Below are positions 8,892 to 19,600 of a DNA stretch of 64,000 bases, one piece after another; the first letter of the stretch is position 1, and each line of letters begins with the position of its first letter. Position numbers and translations under genes: made by a program. The DNA is from Rhodanobacteraceae bacterium (GTDB lineage: Bacteria; Pseudomonadota; Gammaproteobacteria; Xanthomonadales; Rhodanobacteraceae). The stretch covers positions 573 to 64,572 of the forward strand of contig DASSNC010000111.1 of assembly GCA_035688305.1 (NCBI GenBank), written 5' to 3'. Under the pieces are notes generated by a model, which saw nothing but the letters and a program-made list of their open reading frames with translations, ran no database searches and was not told the origin of the DNA.

Positions 8892-9853
8892 ACCATCGCA
8901 CCGCGAGTCGCGTCGGACTCGATCGCATCAAACACCAGACCTGCAATATTAAGCCCGAATTGCGCATCCAGCTCGCGCACGCAGGTGGGTGAGGTGACGT
9001 TGACTTCGGTGAGGTAGTCGCCGATCACGTCCAGCCCCGCGAGCACGATGCCGCGCCGCTGCAATTCCGGGCCCACCTCCGCTGCGATCCAGCGGTCACG
9101 TTCCGAGAGCGGCTGGCCGACGCCCTTGCCGCCGGCGGCCAGGTTGCCCCGAAAATCCGTGCCTTGCGGAATGCGCGCGAGGGCGTACGCCACCGGCTCA
9201 CCGTTGACCACGAGAATGCGCTTGTCGCCGGCGGTGATCTCGGGAATGAACTTCTGCGCCATCACGAAGTGGCGGTCGTCGCCCGCCAACGTCTCCAGGA
9301 TCGAATTGAGGTTCGGATCGTCGCCGCGCGAGCGGAAAATGCCGCGTCCACCCATCCCGTCCAGCGGTTTCAGCACCACCTCGCCCTGCTCGTGCGCGAA
9401 GCGCCGCAGTTCGGCGCGCTCGCGCGCCACCAATGCGGCGGTGCAGCATTGCGGAAACCACTGCGCGGCCAGTTTTTCGTTGAAGTCGCGCAAGGCTTGC
9501 GGGTTGTTCACCACCCGCACGCCCGCGCGCGCAGCCAGGTCCAACACCAGGGTGTCGTAAAGGAATTGCGCGTCGAAGGGCGGGTCCTTGCGGGCCAGCA
9601 CGATGTCCGCGGCCTCGGCCAGCGGCTGCCAGCGAGCTTCGCCCAGCGTGAACCAGTCGGAGCGGCTGTCGCGAACCTCCAGCGGCGCCAGCTGCGCCCA
9701 TGCCACGCCGTTGCGTATGGCGAGGTCGCGCTGCAACATGTACAGCAGCCGATATCCGCGCCGCGCGGCCTCCAGCATCAGCGCGAGGGTCGTGTCCTTC
9801 TCGGGATGGATGGCGGCGATGGGATCCATCAATACCGCAACGGTTTGTGTCAT
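8888..9853 (-). CDS. gshB: Glutathione synthetase
   Basis: The internal ATG at 9853 gives MTQTVAVLMDPIAAIHPEKDTTLALMLEA..., followed by an ATP-grasp region (VLKPLDGMGGRGIF). Confidence 0.92.
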   Translation of the reverse strand: MTQTVAVLMDPIAAIHPEKDTTLALMLEAARRGYRLLYMLQRDLAIRNGVAWAQLAPLEVRDSRSDWFTLGEARWQPLAEAADIVLARKDPPFDAQFLYDTLVLDLAARAGVRVVNNPQALRDFNEKLAAQWFPQCCTAALVARERAELRRFAHEQGEVVLKPLDGMGGRGIFRSRGDDPNLNSILETLAGDDRHFVMAQKFIPEITAGDKRILVVNGEPVAYALARIPQGTDFRGNLAAGGKGVGQPLSERDRWIAAEVGPELQRRGIVLAGLDVIGDYLTEVNVTSPTCVRELDAQFGLNIAGLVFDAIESDATRGAMV

Positions 9854-10054
9854 GGGGGTTCCAAGGACGTGCGCTTGGTGTATCTTGGCACAGGCGGCTG
9901 GTGTTGCCGGGGACGGCATCCGGGATTCGTGGCCAGGGGGCGCGAATTCCGGGATTCAGGCGAGGGAGCGATTGAGGGAATCGTCGTGATAGCCGTCACA
10001 CATGACACGCGGTGCGGCATGCATGTTGCATGAAACCTCACCGCCTCCTGCGAG

Positions 10055-10483
10055 GTGGAATCCATAACCGTGAACGACAACGTCAATCCCGATGGTCTGG
10101 CCGGACTCAAGGTCATGATCATCGACGACTCCAAGACCATTCGCCGCACCGCTGAAACCCTGCTCAAAAAGGAGGGGGCCGAGGTGCTGACGGCCGTTGA
10201 CGGCTTCGAGGCGCTCGCCAAGATTTCCGATCTGCGGCCCGACATCATTTTCGTCGACATCATGATGCCGCGGCTGGATGGCTATCAGACGTGCGCGTTG
10301 ATCAAGAACAATCACGTGTTCCGCAGCACGCCGGTGATCATGCTGTCCTCCAAGGATGGCCTGTTCGACAAGGCGCGCGGGCGGATCGTGGGTTCCGAGC
10401 AGTATCTCACCAAGCCCTTTACGCGCGACGAATTGCTCGGAGCAATCCGGCAGCACGTGCGCGCGCCTGCAACTGTCAAGTGA
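10055..10483 (+). CDS. pilG: Twitching-motility response regulator PilG (CheY-like)
   Basis: 142 aa, single receiver domain (VMIIDDSKTIRR...DIMMPRLDGY...SSKDG...TKPF). First gene of the pilGHIJ-chpA cluster. Confidence 0.9.
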   Translation: MESITVNDNVNPDGLAGLKVMIIDDSKTIRRTAETLLKKEGAEVLTAVDGFEALAKISDLRPDIIFVDIMMPRLDGYQTCALIKNNHVFRSTPVIMLSSKDGLFDKARGRIVGSEQYLTKPFTRDELLGAIRQHVRAPATVK

Positions 10484-10521
10484 CGTCCGCCGGAGGCGGC
10501 GGCGTGCAAGAGAGAGAATTC

Positions 10522-10893
10522 ATGGCAAACATCCTCATCATCGACGACTCGCCCACCGACGTGAAGATTTTTTCCGGCGCGCTGGAGCGGGCAGGGCACA
10601 AGGTCAGCGCAGTCGCGACCGCCGAGGCAGGTATCGCGGCGGCCCAGAAGGAACAGCCCGACCTGGTCTTGATGGATGTGATCATGCCCGGCATGAACGG
10701 CTTCCAGGCCACCCGCAGTCTCACCAAGGATCCGGCGACCAGTGCCATTCCGGTGGTCATCGTCACCACCAAGAACATGGAAACCGACCGCATGTGGGGC
10801 TTGCGCCAGGGCGCCAAGGACGTGCTGGTCAAGCCGATCAGCGAAAAGGATCTGGTCGCCAACGTCAACAAATATCTCCCGGCCAAGGGTTGA
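10522..10893 (+). CDS. pilH: Response regulator PilH (CheY-like)
   Basis: The internal ATG at 10522 gives MANILIIDDSPTDVKIF..., with DVIMPGMNGF further on. The upstream part of the ORF overlaps pilG and is not needed. Confidence 0.9.
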   Translation: MANILIIDDSPTDVKIFSGALERAGHKVSAVATAEAGIAAAQKEQPDLVLMDVIMPGMNGFQATRSLTKDPATSAIPVVIVTTKNMETDRMWGLRQGAKDVLVKPISEKDLVANVNKYLPAKG

Positions 10894-10900
10894 TCGACGC

Positions 10901-11524
10901 ATGAGCAAGAAACGCCGGCAAAAAACGCGTTCGGGCGAGGTCGCCGATGCGACTGGCGCCGCCGAGCACGAGGTTGCCGAATTCGCGCAGCCCGAGGGGG
11001 CGTTTGCGCTGCTGGCCGACTATGAACAGCGCAGCCTTGAGCACGATCCCGGTGTGCCGGAGCAGATCGAAGCGCCCGGCCTGTGGCGCGCGATCGGCTT
11101 TCGCGTGGGTGAGCGCCACTTCGTATGCGGGATCGACGAGATTACGGAAATCCTGATGGTGCCGCCGCCGGTCACCAGCATTCCCGCAACGCGCCCGTGG
11201 TTGCTCGGCGTCGCGAATGTGCGCGGCAACCTGATCGCGCTGGTGGACCTGAAGCAATTCCTGTTCGGGCAGCGCGTGCATGTCACTGGACGCACGCGGG
11301 TACTTGTGGTGCGCCAGAGCGGCGGCAACGTCGGACTGCTGGTGGACGAGCTGCTTGGGCAACGCAACCTCACCGACGCCGACCGTGCCGGGGCCGAGGG
11401 CGAAGCCGATCCCGGTCTCGCGCGTTTCGTCACCGAGAACGTGACGACTGCACAGGCAAGGCTGGGACGATTCAGTATGGTGGAGTTGACGCGCGCGCCG
11501 GAATTCCAGCACGCGGGACTCTAG
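10901..11524 (+). CDS. pilI: CheW-like coupling protein PilI
   Basis: The ATG at 10901 gives MSKKRRQ... CheW domain (PWLLGVANVRGNLIALVDL). Position between pilH and pilJ. Confidence 0.85.
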   Translation: MSKKRRQKTRSGEVADATGAAEHEVAEFAQPEGAFALLADYEQRSLEHDPGVPEQIEAPGLWRAIGFRVGERHFVCGIDEITEILMVPPPVTSIPATRPWLLGVANVRGNLIALVDLKQFLFGQRVHVTGRTRVLVVRQSGGNVGLLVDELLGQRNLTDADRAGAEGEADPGLARFVTENVTTAQARLGRFSMVELTRAPEFQHAGL

Positions 11525-11683
11525 TTTTGCGATCATCCCCGATCGCGGTTGCGTTGGGTGTTTTCGAGTATTGGAGGGGTTGCACACGATGAACACCAGA
11601 ACGGCCCTGGGTGGCCTGACTTTCAACGACAACCGCTCCGAATCAACGGTTCAAACGACAGACTTGGCAATGAGGTGGCAATC

Positions 11684-13684
11684 ATGAGCGCGAATACCGG
11701 TGCGGCACGCCAGCGGGCGTCCCTGCAAACCTGGCTGATCATCCTGCTGCTGGCGTCGATCATTCTCGCCGGCGTGGACTTCTTCCTGTTGAACCGGCAC
11801 GACAGTCAGGACCGTGCGGCGGCGCAGCTCACCACCCACATCCAGGTGAACTCGCAACAGGTCGCGAACTTCGCCCTGCAATCCGCGAACGGCAACATCG
11901 ACGCCTTCAAGGAACTCGCGAGCACGCGTGGCGCGATCGCGGCGGCGGTGCAGCATCTCAACAGCGGCGACCCGGCCACCGGGCTGCCTGCCTATGGCGA
12001 CGCGATCGGCGTGCGCAGCGAGATGGCCGCGCTCTCCAATTCGTGGAACGCGCTGAACAACGACCTGGGCAAGATTCAGGCAAACCGCGGCGCGGTGCTG
12101 GATTCGGCTGCACAGGCTGCCACCTTCAGCCAGCAGATGCCGAACCTGAACTCGAAGATCAACCAGGTCATCAGCATCCTGCAGTCCAAGGGTTCGTCCT
12201 CGCAGATCTACACCGCCTCGCAGCTGATGGTCTCGGGCGACCGCCTGATCCGTCGCGTGGGTGACGTGTTGCAGGGCGGTGCCGACTCGGCATCCGCCGC
12301 CAACGGCCTCGCGCTCGACTCCACCAACTACGGTGCGACCCTGAAACAGCTTGCCGACGGCAGCTCCGGCGAGGCGGCCAAGATCCTCGGCGAGGTGCAA
12401 AAATCGTGGACTGGCCTTGAAGCGCCGGTGCAGAAGGTGATTGCCGCCGCCCCGACGCTGGTGACGGTCAAGAACGCCGCGACCCAGGCCTCGGTGGATT
12501 CCCAGGACGTGTTGTTGAAGGCCAGCAACGTGTCCAACGCCATCGCCAAGCTGCCGCAAACGCGTCCGTTCCCGAACGTGTGGTGGGGCCTTCTGGGCGC
12601 CGTCGCGGCGGGCGTGTTGGCGATCTTGCTGGCAGTCAACTTCATCCGTACCGAGCGCAAGCGTTCGGCCGAAAGCCGCAGTTTGAATGAACGCAACCAG
12701 CAGGCCATCATGCGGTTGCTGGACGAAATGGGCACCCTCGCCGAAGGTGATTTGACGGTAAAGGCGACCGTGACCGAAGACATCACCGGCGCGATCGCGG
12801 ACTCGGTGAACTTCGCCGTGGAAGCGCTGCGTTCGTTGGTGACCACCATCAACGAGACGGCCGTGCGGGTGTCGTCGGCCGCCCAGGAAACGCAGGCTAC
12901 CGCCAAACATCTGGCGGACGCCGCCAACCAGCAGGCCCAGCAGATCACCTCGGCCTCGGCCAAGATCAACGAGATGGCGGTGTCCATCGACCAGGTGTCC
13001 AAGAACTCCGCCGACAGCGCGGAGGTGGCCCAGCGCTCGGTGCAGATCGCATCCAATGGCGCGCAGATCGTGCGCCAGACGATCTCGGGCATGGACTCGA
13101 TTCGCGAGCAGATCCAGGAGACCTCCAAGCGCATCAAACGCCTCGGTGAGTCGTCGCAGGAAATCGGCTCGATCGTCGAGCTCATCAACGACATCGCCGA
13201 GCAGACGAACATCCTGGCCCTGAACGCGGCCATTCAGGCAGCCTCTGCCGGTGAGGCGGGCCGCGGCTTCGCGGTGGTCGCCGACGAAGTGCAGCGACTG
13301 GCCGAACGCGCCACGGGCGCCACCAAGCGTATCGAAACGCTGGTGCAGACGATTCAGTCCGATACGGTCGAGGCGGTCAGCTCGATGGAGCAGACGACGA
13401 CGCAGGTGGTGAACGGTGCGCGCCTCGCCGAGGATGCCGGTACCGCGCTGGGTGAAATTGAAAAGGTGTCGAACAACCTCGCCGGATTGATTCAGGGCAT
13501 CTCCAGCGCCGCCAAGCAGCAGTCCGCGGCGGCCACCAACATCTCGTCGACGATGAGCTCGATTCAGCAGATCACCACGCAAACGTCGGTGGGTGCGAGC
13601 CAGACGGCCGAGTCGATCGGCAATCTCGCGCAACTGGCCCAGGAGCTGCGCCGTTCGGTCGCCGACTTCAAGTTGCCGGCATAA
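11684..13684 (+). CDS. pilJ: Methyl-accepting chemotaxis protein PilJ
   Basis: The ATG at 11684 gives MSANTGAARQRASLQTWLIILLL.... Two TM helices and the highly conserved MCP signalling domain (EIGSIVELINDIAEQTNILALNAAIQAASAGEAGRGFAVVADEVQRLAER). Confidence 0.9.
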   Translation: MSANTGAARQRASLQTWLIILLLASIILAGVDFFLLNRHDSQDRAAAQLTTHIQVNSQQVANFALQSANGNIDAFKELASTRGAIAAAVQHLNSGDPATGLPAYGDAIGVRSEMAALSNSWNALNNDLGKIQANRGAVLDSAAQAATFSQQMPNLNSKINQVISILQSKGSSSQIYTASQLMVSGDRLIRRVGDVLQGGADSASAANGLALDSTNYGATLKQLADGSSGEAAKILGEVQKSWTGLEAPVQKVIAAAPTLVTVKNAATQASVDSQDVLLKASNVSNAIAKLPQTRPFPNVWWGLLGAVAAGVLAILLAVNFIRTERKRSAESRSLNERNQQAIMRLLDEMGTLAEGDLTVKATVTEDITGAIADSVNFAVEALRSLVTTINETAVRVSSAAQETQATAKHLADAANQQAQQITSASAKINEMAVSIDQVSKNSADSAEVAQRSVQIASNGAQIVRQTISGMDSIREQIQETSKRIKRLGESSQEIGSIVELINDIAEQTNILALNAAIQAASAGEAGRGFAVVADEVQRLAERATGATKRIETLVQTIQSDTVEAVSSMEQTTTQVVNGARLAEDAGTALGEIEKVSNNLAGLIQGISSAAKQQSAAATNISSTMSSIQQITTQTSVGASQTAESIGNLAQLAQELRRSVADFKLPA

Positions 13685-13699
13685 GGGGCGGGACCAGCC

Positions 13700-16600
13700 A
13701 TGATGACGGGCGACGACATGATGTCCACGACGACCGACGAGGCCGGCGTGGCTTCCCTCGCGCCCGATGGAGCTGGGAGGATGGCAAGCGGCGCTGCGCG
13801 GAAACCGACGATGCGACTCGAAGAACACCTCGAATTCTCGACCCTCGGTTGGGTCAAACCCCAGATCGACCAGCTCCTGTCCGAGGCGCGGCTGGCGCTG
13901 GAGAGTTATTCGGACTCTCCTGGTGACCAGGCCTCGATGCACAGCTGCATCGATCTGCTGCACCAGGTTCTGGGCACCTTGCGGATGGTCGAGTTGTACG
14001 GCGCCGCCGAGCTTGCGCAGGAGATGGAACATCTTGCGCAGAACCTGCTGGAAGAAAACATCGCCAAGCGCGACGAGGCCTTCGGCGCGCTGATGCGCGG
14101 CCTGGTGCAACTGCCCGATTACTTCGACCTGATCGAGACCGGCCACAAGGACATCCCGATCGTCCTGTTGCCGCTGATCAATGAAATGCGCGACGCGCGC
14201 GCGGCCGCGCCGGTTGACGAGAAGGTGCTGTTCCACCCCGATATCGACCGCCCGTTGCCGGCGCAGGCGGCGGGTGCGCGCGCGGCGTTCCCGTTCGCCG
14301 ATCTGCGCCAGCGCACCACCCAGGTCCGCCTGCGTTTCCAGGTGCAGTTGCTGGCGTGGACGCAGGGCCACGAGCCCGATTTCGCCGTGATGCGCGGCTG
14401 CCTGGATGAGTTGCTGTCGATCAGCCATGCCGAAGCTGCGCGCCGGCTGTGGTGGGTCGCCGGTGGCGTGGTGGAGGCACTGCAACAGGGCCGCCTCGAT
14501 CAGCATGCGGCCAGCTTGCGCCAGCAATTTGGCCAGCTCGACCGCACCATCCGCAAGATGCAGGATCAAGGCGAGGACGTCTGCAGTGACGAGGATTCGC
14601 ACGAACTGACGCGTACGCTGCTGTACTTCATCGCGCACGCCAAGCCCGGAGACGGGCGCAGCAATGACGTGTTCCATGCGTTCGCGCTGGACCGGGTGTT
14701 GCCGACCGCCGAAGAGCTCGAGCACGCGCGTGCCGCGATGTCCGGGCGCAACCGCGCGCTGCTGGACACCGTCGCCAAGGCCGTCCGCGAAGACCTGTTG
14801 CGCGTGAAGGAAGGGCTGGACATCTTCCTGCGCCGCGACGAACGCGACAACCAGCAGCTTGTGCCGCACCTCGATACGCTGCAGCGCGTGGCCGACACAC
14901 TCACGATGCTGGGCCTGGAAGGGCCCGCCCGGATGATTGGCGAGCAGCGTCAGACCATCGCCCACATCATCGACGGCAAACGCGAACCCAAACCGGAAAC
15001 CGTGCTGGATGTCGCCAGCGCCTTGTTGTACGTCGATGCCTCGCTCGACGAACACATCGAAAACCTCGGCGCGCCCGAGGACAGTGATTCCTCGCTGCCG
15101 ACCAGCGAAGCGCGCAAGATCATGCGTGCGCTTATGCGTGAAGCCGGTGCCAATCTCGGCCGCGTCAAGGACGCCCTGACCGCCTTCATCGAATCGGCAT
15201 GGTCGCACGACCGCCTGGCTGGCGTGCCGAAGATGCTGGCCGAAGTCAGCGGCGCGCTGCGGATTCTCAATCTGGAACGGCCGGCGGGGCTGGTCGATGG
15301 CATCGACCGCTATATCGACAACGAGCTCGTGATTGACCGGACGGTACCCACGGTCGATGAGATGGACCTGCTGGCCGATGCCTTGGCGGGCGTCGAGTAC
15401 TACCTCGAAATCGGGCGCGACTCCAGCGCCAGCAACGACCAGCTTCTCGCTGGCGCCCAGCGCAGTCTGGAATCGCTGCATTACTGGCCAGTGCCGGAGC
15501 GCCGCGCGCCGGTCGCCGTGGTCGAAGCAGCCGATGGATCCGACGATGTTGCCGCACCGCTGCCGGCCGAGGAATTCGAGTCAACCGCTACACCGACCGA
15601 GCCGCACGCCGCCCCACCGGCCGCTCCAGCCGCACCTGCGGCCGTTGCCGACGAGTCGCTGGTCGTGCCGGGGGTCGGGCCGGGCAAGTGGGTCGATGTC
15701 GAGGAAGAAGTTCTGGAACCCATCACCGGCGATGGTGTGGCCGTTGACACCACGTTCCAGGACGCTGCAGGCATTGACGAGGAAATTCGCGAGGTCTTCG
15801 TCGAGGAAGTCGGCGAGGAGATCGCCAACATCAGTGTCAACCTGCCGGCGTGGAAATCCAATCCGGAAGACCTGGACACACTCAAGAACGTGCGCCGCTC
15901 GTTCCACACCCTGAAGGGTTCGGGGCGGCTGGTGGGCGCGATGGCGCTGGGCGAGTTCAGCTGGAAGGTCGAGAACATGCTCAATCGCGTGCTCGACCAC
16001 ACCATCCAGCCCGACGCCAACGTGCAGGACCTGGTGGATACCGCAGTGGCCGCGCTGCCCAAACTGCACGCGGGGCTGCAGGGAGACCCGGTTGCGCTGG
16101 ACCCGCCGCTGGACGCGATCATGCAGGCGGCCGACAAGCTGGCTGCCGGCGAACCGGCGCGGGTTGCCGACTTCGTGCAAGGCTACCGGAAGACCATTCG
16201 TACCGTCCGCCGCTGGGTTCCACAAGCCGAGGCGGTGGTGGCAGCGCCCGCGCCTGTGGCGCCGGTGTCCGTCATTACCTCGCCGGAGTCGGGCCTGCCG
16301 GTGGTGGATCCGATTTTGCTCGACGTGCTGCGCACCGAGGTTGGCCAGCATGTGGGCAGCCTGCGTGATTATCTTGGCCGCAATGGCAACCACGATGTCG
16401 CCGTGGACGACGAGCTGGTGCGTGCCGTGCATACGCTGCACGGGGCGGTCGCCATGGTCGGCATCGATTCGTTGTCGAGCATGCTGGGCCCGATGGAAGT
16501 GTGGATGCGCCGGGTGCGCAGCGCGGACGCGCCGCTCGATCGCGAGGGCTGCGACGCCGTGCGCGACGCCGTCGCGATGACCGACCACGTGATGGCGCAA

Positions 16601-19600
16601 TTCGACGCGCCGATGCCGGATGTGCCCGATAGCACCGTCCTGACCGAGCGGATCGAGACCCTGCGTGACCGTTGGCCGGAAGCGGCACCCTTGGGTGGAC
16701 CGCGCCAGCACATTGCACATCCCGTCACTCCCGAGCCGATTGTCGAGGAAGCGCCCGAGGGGGCTGCCTTGGCCGGATTGGATGCCGGTGGTGCGGAGGA
16801 AGACGCCGAAGCGCGCGCCATGCGCGAAGCCGAAGAGCAGCTTGCGGCTGACCAGGCTGAGGCCGACCGTGTTGCTGCGGAGAAGGCGGAAGCCGAACGC
16901 ATTGCCGCCGAGCAAGCCGAAGCCGAACGGGCTGCAGCAGAACAGGCCGAGCAGGCCGAAGCCGAACGCGCCGCCGCCGAGCAGGCCGAGCAAGAACGGG
17001 CTGCAGCAGAACAGGCCGAGCAAGAACGTGCCGCCGCGGAGCAGGCCGAAGCCGAACGTGCCGCCGCGGAGCAGGCCGAAGCCGAGCGGGCTGCGGCAGA
17101 ACAGGCTGAGCAAGAACGTGCCGCCGCCGAGCAAGCCGAAGCCGAACGTGCCGCAGCCGAGCAGGCTGAAGCCGAGCGTGCCGCAGCCGAGAAGGCCGAA
17201 GCCGAACGTGCCGCAGCCGAGCAGGCCGAAGCCGAACGTGCCGCCGCCGAGCAGGCCGAAGCCGAGCGTGCCGCCGCCGAGAAGGCCGAGGCGGAACGTA
17301 TTGCGGCCGAGCAGGCCGAGGCGGAACGTATTGCGGCCGAGCAGGCCGAACAGGAACGTGCGGCTGCCGCGAAAGCGGAGGCCGAGCGTATTGCTGCTGC
17401 CCGCGAGCAGGCCGCCCGCGAAATCGCCGCCAACGCCTTGCCGGCATTCCCGGACGATCCGCAGCCGGAGGGTGCGCTCGACATCGAGAATCTCGATCCT
17501 GAGCTCGCAGGCCTGTTCACCGAGGAAGCTGGAGAATTGCTGGACGCCAGCGATGGCCTGTTGGCTACCCTCCGCAGCGCGCCCGACGATGTCGAGAGCG
17601 TACGCGGGCTGCAACGCAACCTGCACACGCTCAAGGGCGGTGCGCGCGTGGTGGGTATTTCCGCCGTGGGCGACCTCGCGCATGTGATGGAAACGCTGCT
17701 GGAACAGATCGTCGACCACAAGCGCGCACTTGAACCCATCGAGGTCGATTCGCTGGAGCGCGGTTTCGACCGCCTGCAGGACATGGTGCATCGGGTATCG
17801 GAAGGCCAGGCCATTGCCACGCCGGTGCATGCGATCGAGCGCTTCGATGCGCTCGCGAGCGGACGCCCGATTGCCGGTGTCACGTCCGAAGCGCAACAGC
17901 CGGAATCGGCTGCTGCCCCGGCGCCGATTCCGCCACCGCGTCCGGCGCCCGCGCCCGTTGCCGAAGCCGAAGTGCGCGCGCCGGCGGAACTTATCCGCGT
18001 ACGCTCGGACCTGCTCGATTCAATGGTCAACGCGGCCGGCGAGGCGTCGATTTACCGCGCGCGCCTCGAACAGCAGGTCAGCAACTTCCGCTTCAACCTG
18101 GTCGAACTGGACCAGACCGTTGCACGTTTGCGCGAACAGTTGCGCAAGCTCGAGATCGAAACCGAAACCCAGATCCTGTCGCGCTACCAGCGCGAGAACG
18201 AGGCCGGCGAAAGCACGACCTTCGATCCACTGGAACTCGATCGCTTCTCGAACCTGCAGCAGTACTCGCGTGCCTTGGCCGAGTCGGTTTCGGACTTGGC
18301 ATCCATCCAGGACATCCTGGACGACCAGACCCGCCAGTCCGAAACCTTGCTGCTGCAGCAGTCGCGCGTGAACTCGGACTTGCAGGACGGCCTGATGCGC
18401 ACGCGCATGGTGCCGTTCGAGTCGATGGTGCCGAACCTGCGCCGTACCCTGCGTGGTGCCGCCGACGAGCTCGGCAAGCGCGCGCAGTTGCGCGTGGTCG
18501 GCGCGCAGGGCGAAATGGATCGCAACGTGCTCGAGCGCATGAAGGCGCCGTTCGAGCACATGCTGCGTAACGCGTTGACGCACGGCATCGAGGATCCCGC
18601 GCAGCGCGTCGCCGTCGGCAAGCCGATGGAAGGCACGGTCACCATCGAAGTCGGCCGTCTGGGTACGGAAGTGTTGGTGCGGGTGTCCGATGACGGCGCC
18701 GGCTTCAACCGCGACGCGATCCGCGCCAAGGCCATCGAACGCGGCCTGCTGGCGCCGGACGTGCCGGTGTCGGACAGCGAGCTGTACAACTTCGTCCTGC
18801 AGACGGGCTTCTCCACTGCCGGCGAGGTCAGCCAGTTGGCCGGCCGTGGCGTCGGCATGGACGTGGTCGCCAATGAAATCCGCCAGCTTGGCGGCTCGCT
18901 CACGATCGAGTCGGAACGCGGCCAGGGCACGGCGTTCAACATCCGCCTGCCATTCACGCTGGCGGTCACACAGGCCATCACGGTGCGCGCGGCCGAAACG
19001 GTGTTTGCGGTGCCAATGACCTCGGTGCAGGCGGTGTCGCGCATCCGCCGCGAGGAATTGGCCGAGCGCCTTGCCAGCGGCGACCTGAAGGTCGAATACG
19101 CCGGCGAGGAGTACGCGCTGCACGATCTCTCCGAGTTGCTGGGATTCCCGGCGTCGAAGATTCCCGAAGAGAATACCGGTCAGCTGCCACTGCTGATGGT
19201 GCGGGCAGGGGACCTGCGCGCCGCGATCCGCATCGACATGGTGATCGGGTCGCGCGAGATCGTGGTGAAGCCGGTCGGTCCGCAGATCAGCAACGTGCCG
19301 GGCATGTTCGGCGCCACCATCATGGGCGACGGCTCGGTGATGTTGATACTCGACCTTGCGCCGTTGGTGCGGCATTTCGTTGCCAATCGCGCCGCGGCAG
19401 CCTTGGCACTGGCGACCGAGCAGGAAAGCGGCACCGTTGCGGCACCGGCGGAACCGGCAGCCCCGCCCGTGGACGAACGCGGTCCAAGCCTGGTCATGGT
19501 GGTGGACGATTCGATCACCATGCGCAAGGTCACCACGCGCGTGCTCGAACGCGAGAACTTCGAAGTCATCACGGCGAAGGACGGCGTGGATGCGCTGGAG

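Noticed and set aside
11651-15481. A 1276-aa ORF on the minus strand. Similar very long antisense ORFs occur at 15581-17896, 16369-18030, 18020-19957, 48-1727, 20189-21709 and 38244-41408.
   Set aside because: Each lies exactly opposite a gene with strong, recognisable homology (pilJ, chpA, the histidine kinase, mdtA/POT). The translations are Arg/Gly/Ala/Pro-rich with no motifs. Stop-free antisense frames of this kind are expected at this GC content.
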